64,000 nucleotides of DNA from an uncultured Thermoleophilia bacterium. Its GTDB lineage: Bacteria; Actinomycetota; Thermoleophilia; Gaiellales; Gaiellaceae. Below the pieces are notes generated by a model. It was not told where the DNA came from. It saw only the letters and a program-made list of their open reading frames with translations, and searched no databases. The stretch is taken from NCBI GenBank assembly GCA_963708355.1, contig CAVPSK010000017.1, positions 30,030 to 94,029 on the forward strand. Reading direction: 5' to 3'. The translations under genes and the position numbers were made by a program. Shown here one piece after another: positions 55,933 through 64,000 of the stretch (position 1 is the stretch's first letter; each line of letters begins with the position of its first letter).

Positions 55933-56891
55933 CTGTCCTGCCTACGGAGGTTGTGAATACGGCTGATCGGGGGTCGGCCTCCGAGTGAGCTGTGTGGTCG
56001 CCGTGTGTTGTAGTGGTCGAGCCAGTGTGGCAGGGCGGCGGCGCGTTCGCGGTGTGAGTGGTAGACGAGTCCGTAGGCCCACTCGCGCGCCATCGTCTGG
56101 TGGAAGCGCTCGACCTTGCCGTTGGTGCGGGGCCGGTAGGGCTTGGTGGTCAGGTGGCGGACCTCGTGGCGGGCAAGGAGGTGCCGCAGGTCGCGGCCTT
56201 TGACGTAGATCCAGGCGTTGTCGGTCATCAGCCGCTTCGCGACGATCCCGTGCTCGGCGAAGAAGCGGAGCGCCCGTTCGAAGAAGGCCGCGGCGGTCAC
56301 CGCACGCTGATCGGGGTGGATCTCGGCGTAGGCGAGCCGGGAGTGATCATCGACGATCGCGTGCAGATAGTCGACGCCGTCACGGTGCTGGCGGTCCTGG
56401 CTCGAGCGATCGCCGGTGACACGGTGGCCGGGCCGCTCGAAGCGCGCGTACTCGCTGACGTCCATGTGCAAAAGATCACCCGGACACGGCCACTCGTACC
56501 GGTTCGCAGGCTCCCGGGCCGCTCGCGGCGGCCGTGAGATCCCGGCCCGGCGCAACACCTTCCAGACCGTCGAGTGGCAGATGCCGGTCGCGCCAGCCAC
56601 CAGCCGCGGCCCCCAGCCCGTCCGACAGCGGCACTCACAGATCGATTGCTCGAGCTCCGGGGCGAGCTGCCTGGGCGAATGACGTGGCCGGCTGGAACGG
56701 TCAAGCAAACAGGCAAGCGTCGCCCGAGCCTCCTCGCTCGCGTCCAACCACCGGTGCCACCAGCGATGAGCGGTCGCCGCCGACACGCCGTGGCAGGCTG
56801 CCGCCTGCTTCAGCGTCATCCCTCGATCGATCGCCGAGACGAGCGCGTAGCGACCAGCCAGTCCGAGCTTCGCGTTACGGTGAAACGACAT
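55929..56891 (-). CDS. IS481-family DDE transposase
   Basis: 320 aa. N-terminal HTH (MTLKQAAACHGVSAATAHRWWHRW). DDE core: LLHMDV ... LMTDNAWIY ... TNGKVERFH. Tail: YNTRRPHSSLGGRPP. Confidence 0.9.
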   Translation of the reverse strand: MSFHRNAKLGLAGRYALVSAIDRGMTLKQAAACHGVSAATAHRWWHRWLDASEEARATLACLLDRSSRPRHSPRQLAPELEQSICECRCRTGWGPRLVAGATGICHSTVWKVLRRAGISRPPRAAREPANRYEWPCPGDLLHMDVSEYARFERPGHRVTGDRSSQDRQHRDGVDYLHAIVDDHSRLAYAEIHPDQRAVTAAAFFERALRFFAEHGIVAKRLMTDNAWIYVKGRDLRHLLARHEVRHLTTKPYRPRTNGKVERFHQTMAREWAYGLVYHSHRERAAALPHWLDHYNTRRPHSSLGGRPPISRIHNLRRQDS

Positions 56892-56929
56892 CCGAGCCCT
56901 CCTTCGAGAGTGAGTCCTGGCAGACCCAG
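55933..56929 (-). mobile_element. IS481-family insertion sequence (boundaries approximate)
   Basis: A single DDE transposase is flanked by CTAG on both sides (55929-55932 and 56930-56933). The terminal repeats are imperfect: CTGTCCTGCC.. / ..GGCAGACCCAG. Confidence 0.65.
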
Positions 56930-56962
56930 CTAGTACGTGCGGAGACGCGCGTCGGCGCTGAG

Positions 56963-58250
56963 TCAGCTCGAGGGTGGGATGTTCAGGTTCATCCTGAAGA
57001 GGTTTGTCGGGTCGTACTTCGCCTTCAGCGCCCTGAGCCGTTCGTAGTTCGCGCCGTAGCCTGCCTTGACGAGCGCCTCCTTTTCTTCGCCGAGCCCGGC
57101 GAAGTTGAGATACATGCCGCCGGTCGAGTGCTGCCCGATCGCATCCCAGAATGCGCGGCCCCAGCCGATCGCCCCCTCGTTCAGCGCCGGATCGTCCCAG
57201 CTCGCCTCGCCGGTCACCAGGAAGGCGGCGTCGCGGCCGCCGTAGGCGGTGTCGGTCTCGCCGACGCGGCTCATCGCCCCACCCTGATGCCAGACGACGA
57301 TGTCTGTGAGCGGCGAGGGACGGCGCGCGCCGTAGTCGGCGATCACCTCGATCGCCTCGTCGGTCAGCGTCGCGAGCGCGCGCGACTTCCAGTAGTAGAA
57401 CGCTCCCTTCGGAAAAAGAGCATCGAAGCCGCTCTGCAGACCCACCCACGGCCACGGGCCGCTGAGATCGATCAGTGGCTGGGCGAGCTCGCGAAGCGGC
57501 TGCACGACCGGTGCGCCGTTCTCGACGGAGCCGCTGTAGCAGGCGGCCACGACCACGACAGGCTTTCCGTGATGCTCCGCTGGGAACGCCTCGCCCGGTG
57601 GGACGGTCCAGAGCAGCACGATGGAGCTCAGCTCGTCGGGGGCGGTGGTGACGGAGTCGCGCCAGGCGCGCAGGAGCTCCGGCACGTCATCGAACGGATA
57701 GAAGATCGCGCCCACCATGACCATCGGACCAACCGGGTGCGCCTGAAACTCGAACGACGTGACGACTCCGAAGTTGCTCCCGGCGCCACGAACCGCCCAG
57801 AAGAGATCTTCGTTCTCGGTCGCACTCGCGGTGCGCATCTGGCCGTCCGCCGTCACGATGTCGACCGAGAGCAGGCTGTCGATCGATAGTCCGTGCTTGC
57901 GGCGCAGATGCCCGGTACCGCCGTGCAGCGTCAGTCCGGCGACACCGGTGGTCGAGACAACGCCGGCCGGTACTGCGAGACCGAACAGCTGCGTCTCGCG
58001 ATCCAGATCACCGAGCGTCGCCCCGCCTTGGACGCGCACCGTCTGCGTCGACGGATCGACGCGAACGCCTCGCATCGCGGACAGGTCGATCATCAGGCCG
58101 CCGTCGTTGACCGCGTTCCCGGCGACATTGTGACCACCCGCACGGATCGACAGCAAGAGGTCGTGCTCGCGGGCGAAGTTCACGGAGTCGACGACATCCG
58201 CAGCCCCCGTGCACTGGACAATCAAGGCGGGTCTGCGATCTCTCTCGACG
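56963..58250 (-). CDS. FAD-binding (FAD_binding_4/BBE-like) oxidoreductase, N-terminally truncated
   Basis: RRPALIVQCTGAADVVDSVNFAREHDLLLSIRAGGHNVAG...GLTLHGGTGHL...DLFWAVRGAGSNFGVVT...YDPTNLFRMNLNI. No canonical start precedes RRPALIV, and an unrelated stop sits at 58254. Confidence 0.7.
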
Positions 58251-58462
58251 ACCCTACAACTCCACGGGCTCGACTTCCCAGACCGCGTACTTGGCCTTGT
58301 CGCGGAACTCCTCGATCCCACGCGAGCCGAATCTGCGACAGGATCCGCAGCTTCCGACCGTCGGGAGTCTGGAAGACGTCGCCGGTACACCAATCCGGCA
58401 TGGCGGTTTTGAACATGCCGGCGTCGTCGCCGGGTGGTCATCGCCGCGCTTAGGCTCAGTCG

Positions 58463-58711
58463 ATGGACACTCAGCAGGCCATCCGAAACCTCGAGCGCGT
58501 GAAGCGGGAACGTGAGGCACTGAACGCCTCATACCGGGAGCTGGAGGCCGAGCTCGAGACGTTCGAGGCGCCCGACGATCCCGAGGAGGGATATCGGCAG
58601 CTCGTGGCGTTGATGAGGCGGTTCGGGAACTACGTCCAGATGGAGCAGGAACAGAATCAGATGTTGATCGGCCTTCTCGCCGACGCGTATCAACGACTGG
58701 CAGCGAAGTAG
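58463..58711 (+). CDS. small coiled-coil hypothetical protein
   Basis: 82 aa, Glu/Gln/Leu-rich (NLERVKREREALNASYRELEAELETFE). Locally lower GC. Confidence 0.4.
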   Translation: MDTQQAIRNLERVKREREALNASYRELEAELETFEAPDDPEEGYRQLVALMRRFGNYVQMEQEQNQMLIGLLADAYQRLAAK

Positions 58712-59062
58712 AGGCGGGTCGGTTGAGCGCCCGCGGCCGCCTCGAGGCGTTTCCGGCCCGCCACACCCATCCTCCAACGAGAACCGGGCACGCGCTATAG
58801 CCCGAAAGGCTGACCGGGCGGACGATCTCGGTAACGGGCCGGGAGGACGTATGGCCGTAAATCGTCCCGGCCTACACTTCACCCATGCTCGCCGACGGAC
58901 AGTGGACCTGGCTACCCCTCTCACTGCTGTTCGGCGCTCCCTGGATCGCTGGGATCATCTGGGTCTACCTGCGGACGATCGGGAGAGATCAAGTTCCTCC
59001 CTCGATGGCCGAGATGGTGAGTCGGCGTCTGTGGCCGCACTGAGCTGGCATTCCTCTCGCAA

Positions 59063-59259
59063 ATGACTGACGAGAGGCTCTCCTGTCCCCGCTGCGCCGG
59101 CTCGGTCGCGGAAAGACCAGGCCGGATGACCCACCACCGCGTCTACTCCGACCGACCCCCCAGACAGGCGAACACCTAACAGTCTTCTACTGCGACAACT
59201 GTCGCCGAGCGTTCAGCAGAAACCACATCGAGTGGGCGCGGGCCCAACGCGACGGCTGA
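59063..59259 (+). pseudogene. small zinc-ribbon protein, frameshifted in a C6 run
   Basis: MTDERLSCPRCAGS...SDRPP, then after a 1-nt slip in CCCCCC (59156-59161), QTGEHLTVFYCDNCRRAFSRNHIEWARAQRDG. This gives CxxC...CxxC. Confidence 0.35.
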
Positions 59260-59309
59260 GGATCTACCGGGCTCGAGCTCGATTGTTGACCGCTTCACGG
59301 TTCTCAACC

Positions 59310-60105
59310 CGCCAGCGTTGCCAGCCGATGCAGCGGCGATCCTCGCGCGCAGCTCCTCCGGCACCGCCGCTCCGATCAGGCTGGTCGCATCCTCGCTGCT
59401 CAGCGGCTCGAGCCGCACAGCCGCCGGCCAGGAGGGACGGCTATCGAGCAGCTCGAGGCGGGCAAGACAAAGCAGCAGGAGTGGGGCTGCCGCTCGAGAG
59501 CAGGGCGACGTGCTCGACCAGGTCGAGGAACGTCTCCTCACCCCACTGAATGTCGTCGAACACAACCACCAACGGCCCCCTACCGCAGCGTCCTCCAGCG
59601 TCTTGCGGAACGCCCACGCGATCTCCTCCGCCGACGTGGCAGCCTCGCTCTCGCCGAGCAGCGAGCGGATCGCCGCCGCGGCGGCGTCCTCCTCCGGCAG
59701 CACGTCGAGCTGCCTCAGCACCTCCACCACCGGCCAGTAGGTGATCCCCGCGCCGTAGGGCAGGCAGCGGCCGCGCACGACGGTCGCCTCGACTGCCTCC
59801 AGCGCTTCCGTGACTAACCGAGACTTGCTGACGCCCGCTTCGCCAACGACTGTTACAAGCTCGCAGCTCCACTCCGCCTGCACCCGCTCCAAAGCGTCCC
59901 GTACGAGCGCGAACTCGCGCTCACGCCCCACAAACAACGTCCCGTATCGCCGCTCCGGCACAGCGTGTACAGCCAGCAATCGATATGCGACAACCGGCTC
60001 AGCTTTGCCCTTCAACTCGAGCGGGTCGACGGGCTCGACCTCGATCGCGTCGCCCGCAACCGCGACCGTCGGCTGACCAACTAGTACCGCCCCGGCTCGG
60101 CCGCC
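59310..60105 (-). pseudogene. fragment of an adenylate/guanylate cyclase - AAA ATPase (LuxR-type large regulator) gene
   Basis: Only the cyclase tail survives (ELKGKAEPVVAYRLL), followed by the AAA P-loop (VVGEAGVSKSRLV). There is an internal frameshift (PLVVVFDDIQWGEETFLDLVEHV is in another frame). The catalytic N-terminus and C-terminal domains are missing. Confidence 0.65.
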
Positions 60106-60365
60106 TGCTCCGAAGCCGTCGTCGTTGAGGCTCGGCTGCTCCCCCTCTTTCAGCGGCCTGGTGGCTGTCGTGTGCTTCACCTATGCCGGAGCCGACCTCG
60201 TCGGCAACGAACTCGTCGTGTGGGATCTCCTACTTCTGCTCGGCGTCCCGATTGCTTTGGTCGTTCTCGCCGGCAGTCGCGCCAGAATGACAAGCCAACA
60301 GATCGTGGCTGCGTCGGGGCGACGAGCAACAGAACGAACGCTGCGGACAGACGCTGCTCAACCGG

Positions 60366-60611
60366 TTGGGCGATTCAGTCTTGACCAAGGGGCGCAAGCC
60401 GCCGCCGAAGGATGACGGCGGCCCGACCGAGATCACGCTCGAGCGCGCAACCGACGGGAGCGGCCACATCTTCGACGTCTGGAACGAGACCCCGATCCGG
60501 GAGCCGGAGCCAGCCCGCCTGCCCGAAGTGAAGCTGCTCACGATCTCGGGCGCCAAGGACGCGTCCGAGCTCTTAGCCAGCCGCCTCGAGCTCGACCGCG
60601 GAGACCTATAA
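60366..60611 (+). CDS. small hypothetical protein
   Basis: High-GC3 frame: TEITLERATDGSGHIFDVWNETPIREPEPARLPEVKLLTISGAKDASELLASRLELDRGDL. The start is uncertain. Confidence 0.4.
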   Translation: MGDSVLTKGRKPPPKDDGGPTEITLERATDGSGHIFDVWNETPIREPEPARLPEVKLLTISGAKDASELLASRLELDRGDL

Positions 60612-60961
60612 CCAACAGCCCTTCTCGCGGCCCCGCCTGACCGAGCGACGTCGCAGTGCGTGGTCGTACCTGCCCGCGACCGCCTCGGAGAGGATCGCGC
60701 TCATCAGAGCGTCCCGTCCATGCTCGTCGGGGCGAACGGGATGTTTGGAGTCAGGGCCGCCGCCCGCCGGCTTCTCGTCGGCCGACATCGGCGGTTTCCG
60801 TGTTGTCCGGAACGACCCTGTCTCCACCTTCTGGCCGTCCTTGTTCGTGTATCGGCATCTGATCGAAGGTCAGCGCGACGACGATGCGGCTCGACTCGAT
60901 CGGCTGCTCGCTGGCGCACAGACTGGCGCGCGGCCCGCCTCAACCCAGTAGCCAAGCGAAA

Positions 60962-60988
60962 CGGCACCGGTATCCCTCACCGGTGCCG
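60962..60988. other. perfect 10-bp hairpin embedding the 5' part of the ffs-derived 22-mer
   Basis: CGGCACCGGT-ATCCCTC-ACCGGTGCCG. The shared 22-mer starts exactly at the loop (60972). Confidence 0.6.
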
Positions 60989-61068
60989 CGGCCCTTTCAA
61001 TCTCCGACAGGCGCCCTAAGATCAGACAGGACTTTCGTCGTCTGAGAACCAAGGGGGAGGAACCTGTC

Positions 61069-62910
61069 GTGAGGAAGCTGCTTGTCCTCGTCGTCTCTGC
61101 ACTCGCGGTCGCCGTGGCCCTCGCGGCGAGCGACAGCGCCTTCGCAGCAGGCGGAGACGCACCGAGGCGCGACGGCGGTCGTGGGGTCTGGTTCACGCGC
61201 GTCTGCGCGATTCCGGGGGCGGCGCTCGGTGCATGCGGCGCCCAGGTCGTGACGAACGGCGGAGGCACGCCCCTGGCGGGCGGCGCACCTGCTCCGACCG
61301 CGCTCAGCCCGGCGCAGTTCCACTCCGCCTATGGGCTCCCGACGACCGCGCCGACCCCGCAGACGATCGCCATCGTCGACGCGTACGACCATCCGAACAT
61401 CGAGTCCGACCTCGCGACGTTCTCGAGCTTCTACGGCCTTCCGCCCTGCACGACGGCCAACGGGTGCTTCCGCAAGGTGAACCAGGCGGGCGGCACGTCG
61501 TATCCGATCGCCAACCCCGGGTGGGCGCTCGAGATCGCACTCGACGTGGAGACCGCCCACGCGATCTGCCAGAACTGCAAGATCCTGCTCGTCGAGGCGT
61601 CGTCGGCATCGCTCGCGAACCTCGGCGCCGCCGAGAACCGCGCCGTCGCGATGGGCGCGAACGTCATCTCCAACTCGTGGGGCGCGACCGAGTACTTCTC
61701 GGAGACGCTCGACCAGAGCCGGTACTTCAACCACCCGGGCGTGGTGATCACGGCCTCGACCGGCGACAACGGCTACGAGGTGCAGTTCCCGGCAGCGTCG
61801 CAGTACGTGACGGCGGTCGGCGGCACGACGCTGCACGTGAACGCGAACGGCAGCTGGGGCTCGGAGACGACGTGGAACGGCACGGGATCGGGCTGCTCGG
61901 TCTACGTCGCGAAGCCCTCGTGGCAGAACGACACGGGCTGCTCCGGGAGAACAGTCGCCGACGTGTCCGCCGACGCCGACCCGAACACCGGCGCCGCCGT
62001 GTACGACTCGGTGACGTACGTCGGCCAGTCGGGCTGGTTCCAGGTCGGCGGCACGAGCCTCGCCGCGCCGCTGATCGCGTCGGTCTACGCGCTCACCGGC
62101 ACCGCTTCGACGGCCAACTACGGCTCGGCTCCGTACGCGAGCCCGTCGCTGCTGCACGACGTCACGTCGGGCAGCAACGGCAGCTGCAGCCCCGCCTACC
62201 TGTGCACCGCCGGCGTGGGCTTCGACGGCCCGACCGGTCTCGGCACGCCGAACGGCCTCGGAGCGTTCACGACCGGCGCCCCGCCGCCGCCTCCGCCTCC
62301 GCCGACGCCGGACTTCACGGTCGGCGCATCGCCCACGACGGCGACCGTGACACAGGGGACGAACGCGTCCTACACCGTCTCGGTCGGAACGACCGGCGGC
62401 TTCTCCGGCACGGTCAATCTCAGCCAGAGCGGCCTTCCGAATGGCGCGTTCGCGCCGACGTCGGTGACCGGCTCCGGGTCGTCGACACTGACGGTGAGCA
62501 CGTCCGCGATCACGCCGGGCACGTACCCGTTCACGATCACGGGGACGAGCGGGTCGACGACCCACTCGGTTCAGGCAAGCCTCGTCGTCCAGTCGGTGCC
62601 GACAGGCCCGCCCGCGGACTTCTCGATCTCGGTGTCGCCGTCGTCGCGCACCGTGATCCCGCCGGCGACGAGCACGTTCACGGTCTCGATCACGCCGAGC
62701 AACGGGTTCTCCGGGCCGGTGACGCTCTCCGCCTCCGGTTTCCCGGCCGGCATGAGCGGCTCGTTCGCCACGAACCCGGTGACGTCGAGCACGACGTTCA
62801 CCGTCACCTCGGCGAGCGGGATCCCGTTCTTCACGCGGGCGACGATCAGGATCACCGGGACGAGCGGCTCGCTCTCGCACTCGACGACGCTTAGCATCCT
62901 CGTCATCTAG
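61069..62910 (+). CDS. secreted S53 (sedolisin/kumamolisin-like) serine peptidase with two C-terminal Ig-like repeats
   Basis: The GTG start follows AAGGGGGAGG. Signal peptide present. IAIVDAYDHPNIESDLATFSSFYGLP, WALEIALDVE, NSWG, GGTSLAAPLIA. Then a Pro9 linker and two repeats of about 95 aa (PDFTVGASPTTATVTQGTNASYTV... / ADFSISVSPSSRTVIPPATSTFTV...). Confidence 0.8.
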   Translation: MRKLLVLVVSALAVAVALAASDSAFAAGGDAPRRDGGRGVWFTRVCAIPGAALGACGAQVVTNGGGTPLAGGAPAPTALSPAQFHSAYGLPTTAPTPQTIAIVDAYDHPNIESDLATFSSFYGLPPCTTANGCFRKVNQAGGTSYPIANPGWALEIALDVETAHAICQNCKILLVEASSASLANLGAAENRAVAMGANVISNSWGATEYFSETLDQSRYFNHPGVVITASTGDNGYEVQFPAASQYVTAVGGTTLHVNANGSWGSETTWNGTGSGCSVYVAKPSWQNDTGCSGRTVADVSADADPNTGAAVYDSVTYVGQSGWFQVGGTSLAAPLIASVYALTGTASTANYGSAPYASPSLLHDVTSGSNGSCSPAYLCTAGVGFDGPTGLGTPNGLGAFTTGAPPPPPPPPTPDFTVGASPTTATVTQGTNASYTVSVGTTGGFSGTVNLSQSGLPNGAFAPTSVTGSGSSTLTVSTSAITPGTYPFTITGTSGSTTHSVQASLVVQSVPTGPPADFSISVSPSSRTVIPPATSTFTVSITPSNGFSGPVTLSASGFPAGMSGSFATNPVTSSTTFTVTSASGIPFFTRATIRITGTSGSLSHSTTLSILVI

Positions 62911-63084
62911 GCAACGCAGTCTCCTGCCCCGGCGTGCTCGCGCCGGGGCAGGAAGGCTGCGAATAGACTGAAGCGCATGACTCCGGCGAGGTGACTCGAG
63001 CAGTTCGCCGACGGCATCCGCCGTCGATCCTCGCTGCCCTTCGGCAGCGGCATCCGCACGCTCGAGACGACAACGGAGGTAACG

Positions 63085-63543
63085 ATGACCCGCCAGAACT
63101 TCCTGGCCGACGAGCCATGGGAAACGAGCTACGACGAAGAGGGCTCGCGCACGCGCGTCTTCTGGCGACCCGACGGCGCGACGATGGGTGCGTCCCTGCT
63201 CGAGCTCCTGCCGGGCTCACGGCCCAGGCTGCACCTGCACTACGGCGCCGAGGAGATGTTCTTCGTCGTCAGCGGACGGCCGACGTTCCGCAACGCGACG
63301 AGCGAAGAGCAGCTCGCGCCGGGCGACTTCGTGTTCTGCCCGGACGGGCGACGAGGAGTGCATACGTTCGAGAACCACACCGATCAACCTGCCCGCATCC
63401 TCGCGATCAGCGCAGGCGGCTTCCCCGATGTCGTCGCCTACCCGGAGGACGGGTACGCATGGGTCGCAACCCGCGATCCGGAGCTCGATGCCGACGACCT
63501 GGACCCGGGGATCATCGTGCGCTTCGAGCTGCCGACGGGCTGA
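63085..63543 (+). CDS. cupin domain protein
   Basis: ACGGAGG RBS. PRLHLHYGAEEMFFVVSGRPTF...GDFVFCPDGRRGVHTFEN. Confidence 0.7.
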   Translation: MTRQNFLADEPWETSYDEEGSRTRVFWRPDGATMGASLLELLPGSRPRLHLHYGAEEMFFVVSGRPTFRNATSEEQLAPGDFVFCPDGRRGVHTFENHTDQPARILAISAGGFPDVVAYPEDGYAWVATRDPELDADDLDPGIIVRFELPTG

Positions 63544-63606
63544 GCGACCGGCGAGGGTCTCGGGCGACCGAGGCCCTCGCCGTGCTTTGCCTACAATGCC
63601 GCCTCG

Positions 63607-63678
63607 GGGCGCATAGCTCAGCGGGAGAGCGCTCGCTTCACACGCGAGAGGTCCCTGGTTCGATCCCAGGTGCGCCCA
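63607..63678 (+). tRNA. tRNA-Val (anticodon CAC)
   Basis: Cloverleaf: GGGCGCA-TA-GCTC-AGCGGGA-GAGC-G-CTCGC-TTCACAC-GCGAG-AGGTC-CCTGG-TTCGATC-CCAGG-TGCGCCC-A. CCA is not encoded. Confidence 0.93.
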
Positions 63679-63904
63679 CTCACACCCCGCCGCCACGCGG
63701 AAACGACTTGGGTAGGCGGTTCTCGATGTGCGATCAGCGCTCGATATGCGGTGCCGTGCTGGTACCGGTGCTGGTACGCGATCCAGGCCGAGGTGGCGAC
63801 GCAGGCGAGCATTAGTGGCTCGATCCTGTCGTCCGCTCCGGAGGAAAGGCTCGCCATCCGCCGACGGCGCGCGGCCTTCTAGACGTATTAGGCGATGCTG
63901 TCGT

Positions 63905-64000
63905 TCAGCGAACCCTGATCGCGAGCTTGCCGCGGACGTGCTCGGTGGCGAGGGCCTGGAGCGCGTTGGTGGCGCGGTCGAGTTCGAAGGTGTCGTGTAT
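63905..64000 (-). CDS. C-terminal end of a zinc-type alcohol dehydrogenase/quinone oxidoreductase-like protein (partial, runs off window)
   Basis: ...HDTFELDRATNALQALATEHVRGKLAIRVR stop. This is a typical MDR-family tail. Confidence 0.45.
   Translation of the reverse strand: MHDTFELDRATNALQALATEHVRGKLAIRVR

Noticed and set aside
55779-56891. A 10-nt match (GTGAAACGAC) between the MITE left end and the region of the IS481 transposase start. It suggested the MITE might derive from this IS.
   Set aside because: There is no other similarity between the IS ends and the MITE TIRs. A 10-mer match is near chance expectation in 64 kb on two strands. The TA-in-CTAG flanks point to an IS630-like parent instead.
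24097-60971. Search for an integrase, excisionase or relaxase inside the proposed ffs-bounded element.
   Set aside because: No ORF shows tyrosine-recombinase (R..HxxR..Y) or serine-recombinase motifs. The only recombinase is the IS481 DDE transposase. The island hypothesis therefore stays an inference, not a feature call.
63618-63857. 79-aa minus-strand ORF downstream of and overlapping tRNA-Val. Also a 12-nt tandem (C/G)GTGCTGGTAC x2 at 63755-63777.
   Set aside because: The ORF overlaps the tRNA gene and has poor codon bias and no motif. The tandem is only two units and has no obvious partner. I considered a tRNA-adjacent island boundary, but the window ends too soon to judge.
1-64000. CRISPR arrays, rRNA genes, retron/DGR-type repeats and known defence-system gene sets.
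   Set aside because: I saw no regularly spaced direct repeats, no rRNA-like low-GC conserved blocks, no reverse transcriptase, no Cas-like protein and no restriction-modification signatures in any frame.

Overview
A very GC-rich window (roughly 70% by eye, not computed). Gene content and style look actinobacterial: GTG/TTG starts, 4-nt ATGA/GTGA gene overlaps, and Arg/Ala-rich shadow ORFs in every frame. I cannot place it more precisely.

Layout:
- 1-11.6 kb: secreted and cell-surface genes. These are a Calx-beta protein, a Pro/Thr-rich protein, two S8 subtilases, a large secreted protein and an orphan LuxR-type regulator. Several are frame-disrupted.
- 11.7-18.5 kb: a cell-wall amidase and a near-complete his operon on the minus strand (yerC-like, hisG, D, C-B, H, F, IE), with hisA transcribed divergently.
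- 18.5-23.5 kb: a minus-strand string of cysteine-peptidase-like, ATP-grasp and two esterase genes, then rsgA.
- 24.0 kb: the SRP RNA gene (ffs).
- 24.1-61 kb: a long accessory-looking stretch. It holds PadR, TetR/MFS, GNATs, EamA, VOC, ABM, DUF427, PAS plus a SARP-AAA regulator, FMN reductases/YceI, an APC permease, a mirror-image ECF sigma/anti-sigma module and a cation antiporter. It also holds a 7-gene sugar/lactone oxidation cluster, GH15, two copies of a 169-bp MITE, an IS481-family element and a zone of gene fragments.
- 61-64 kb: an S53 sedolisin-like peptidase, a cupin, tRNA-Val(CAC) and a partial dehydrogenase.

Main findings:
1. Permuted repeat blocks shared by the ffs 3' end and a site 36.9 kb downstream look like attL/attR. 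No integrase is visible.
2. A CTAG/TA-targeting MITE has an IS481 element nested at its end.
3. One ECF sigma gene is flanked by two inverted ZAS-plus-partner gene pairs.
4. Frame disruptions are strongly clustered, including in hisF and hisIE.
5. hisC and hisB form a single ORF.
6. An AT-rich palindrome sits between a YerC/TrpR-like gene and hisA.

No CRISPR array, rRNA or obvious defence system was seen. All family calls come from motif recognition by eye; no searches were run.
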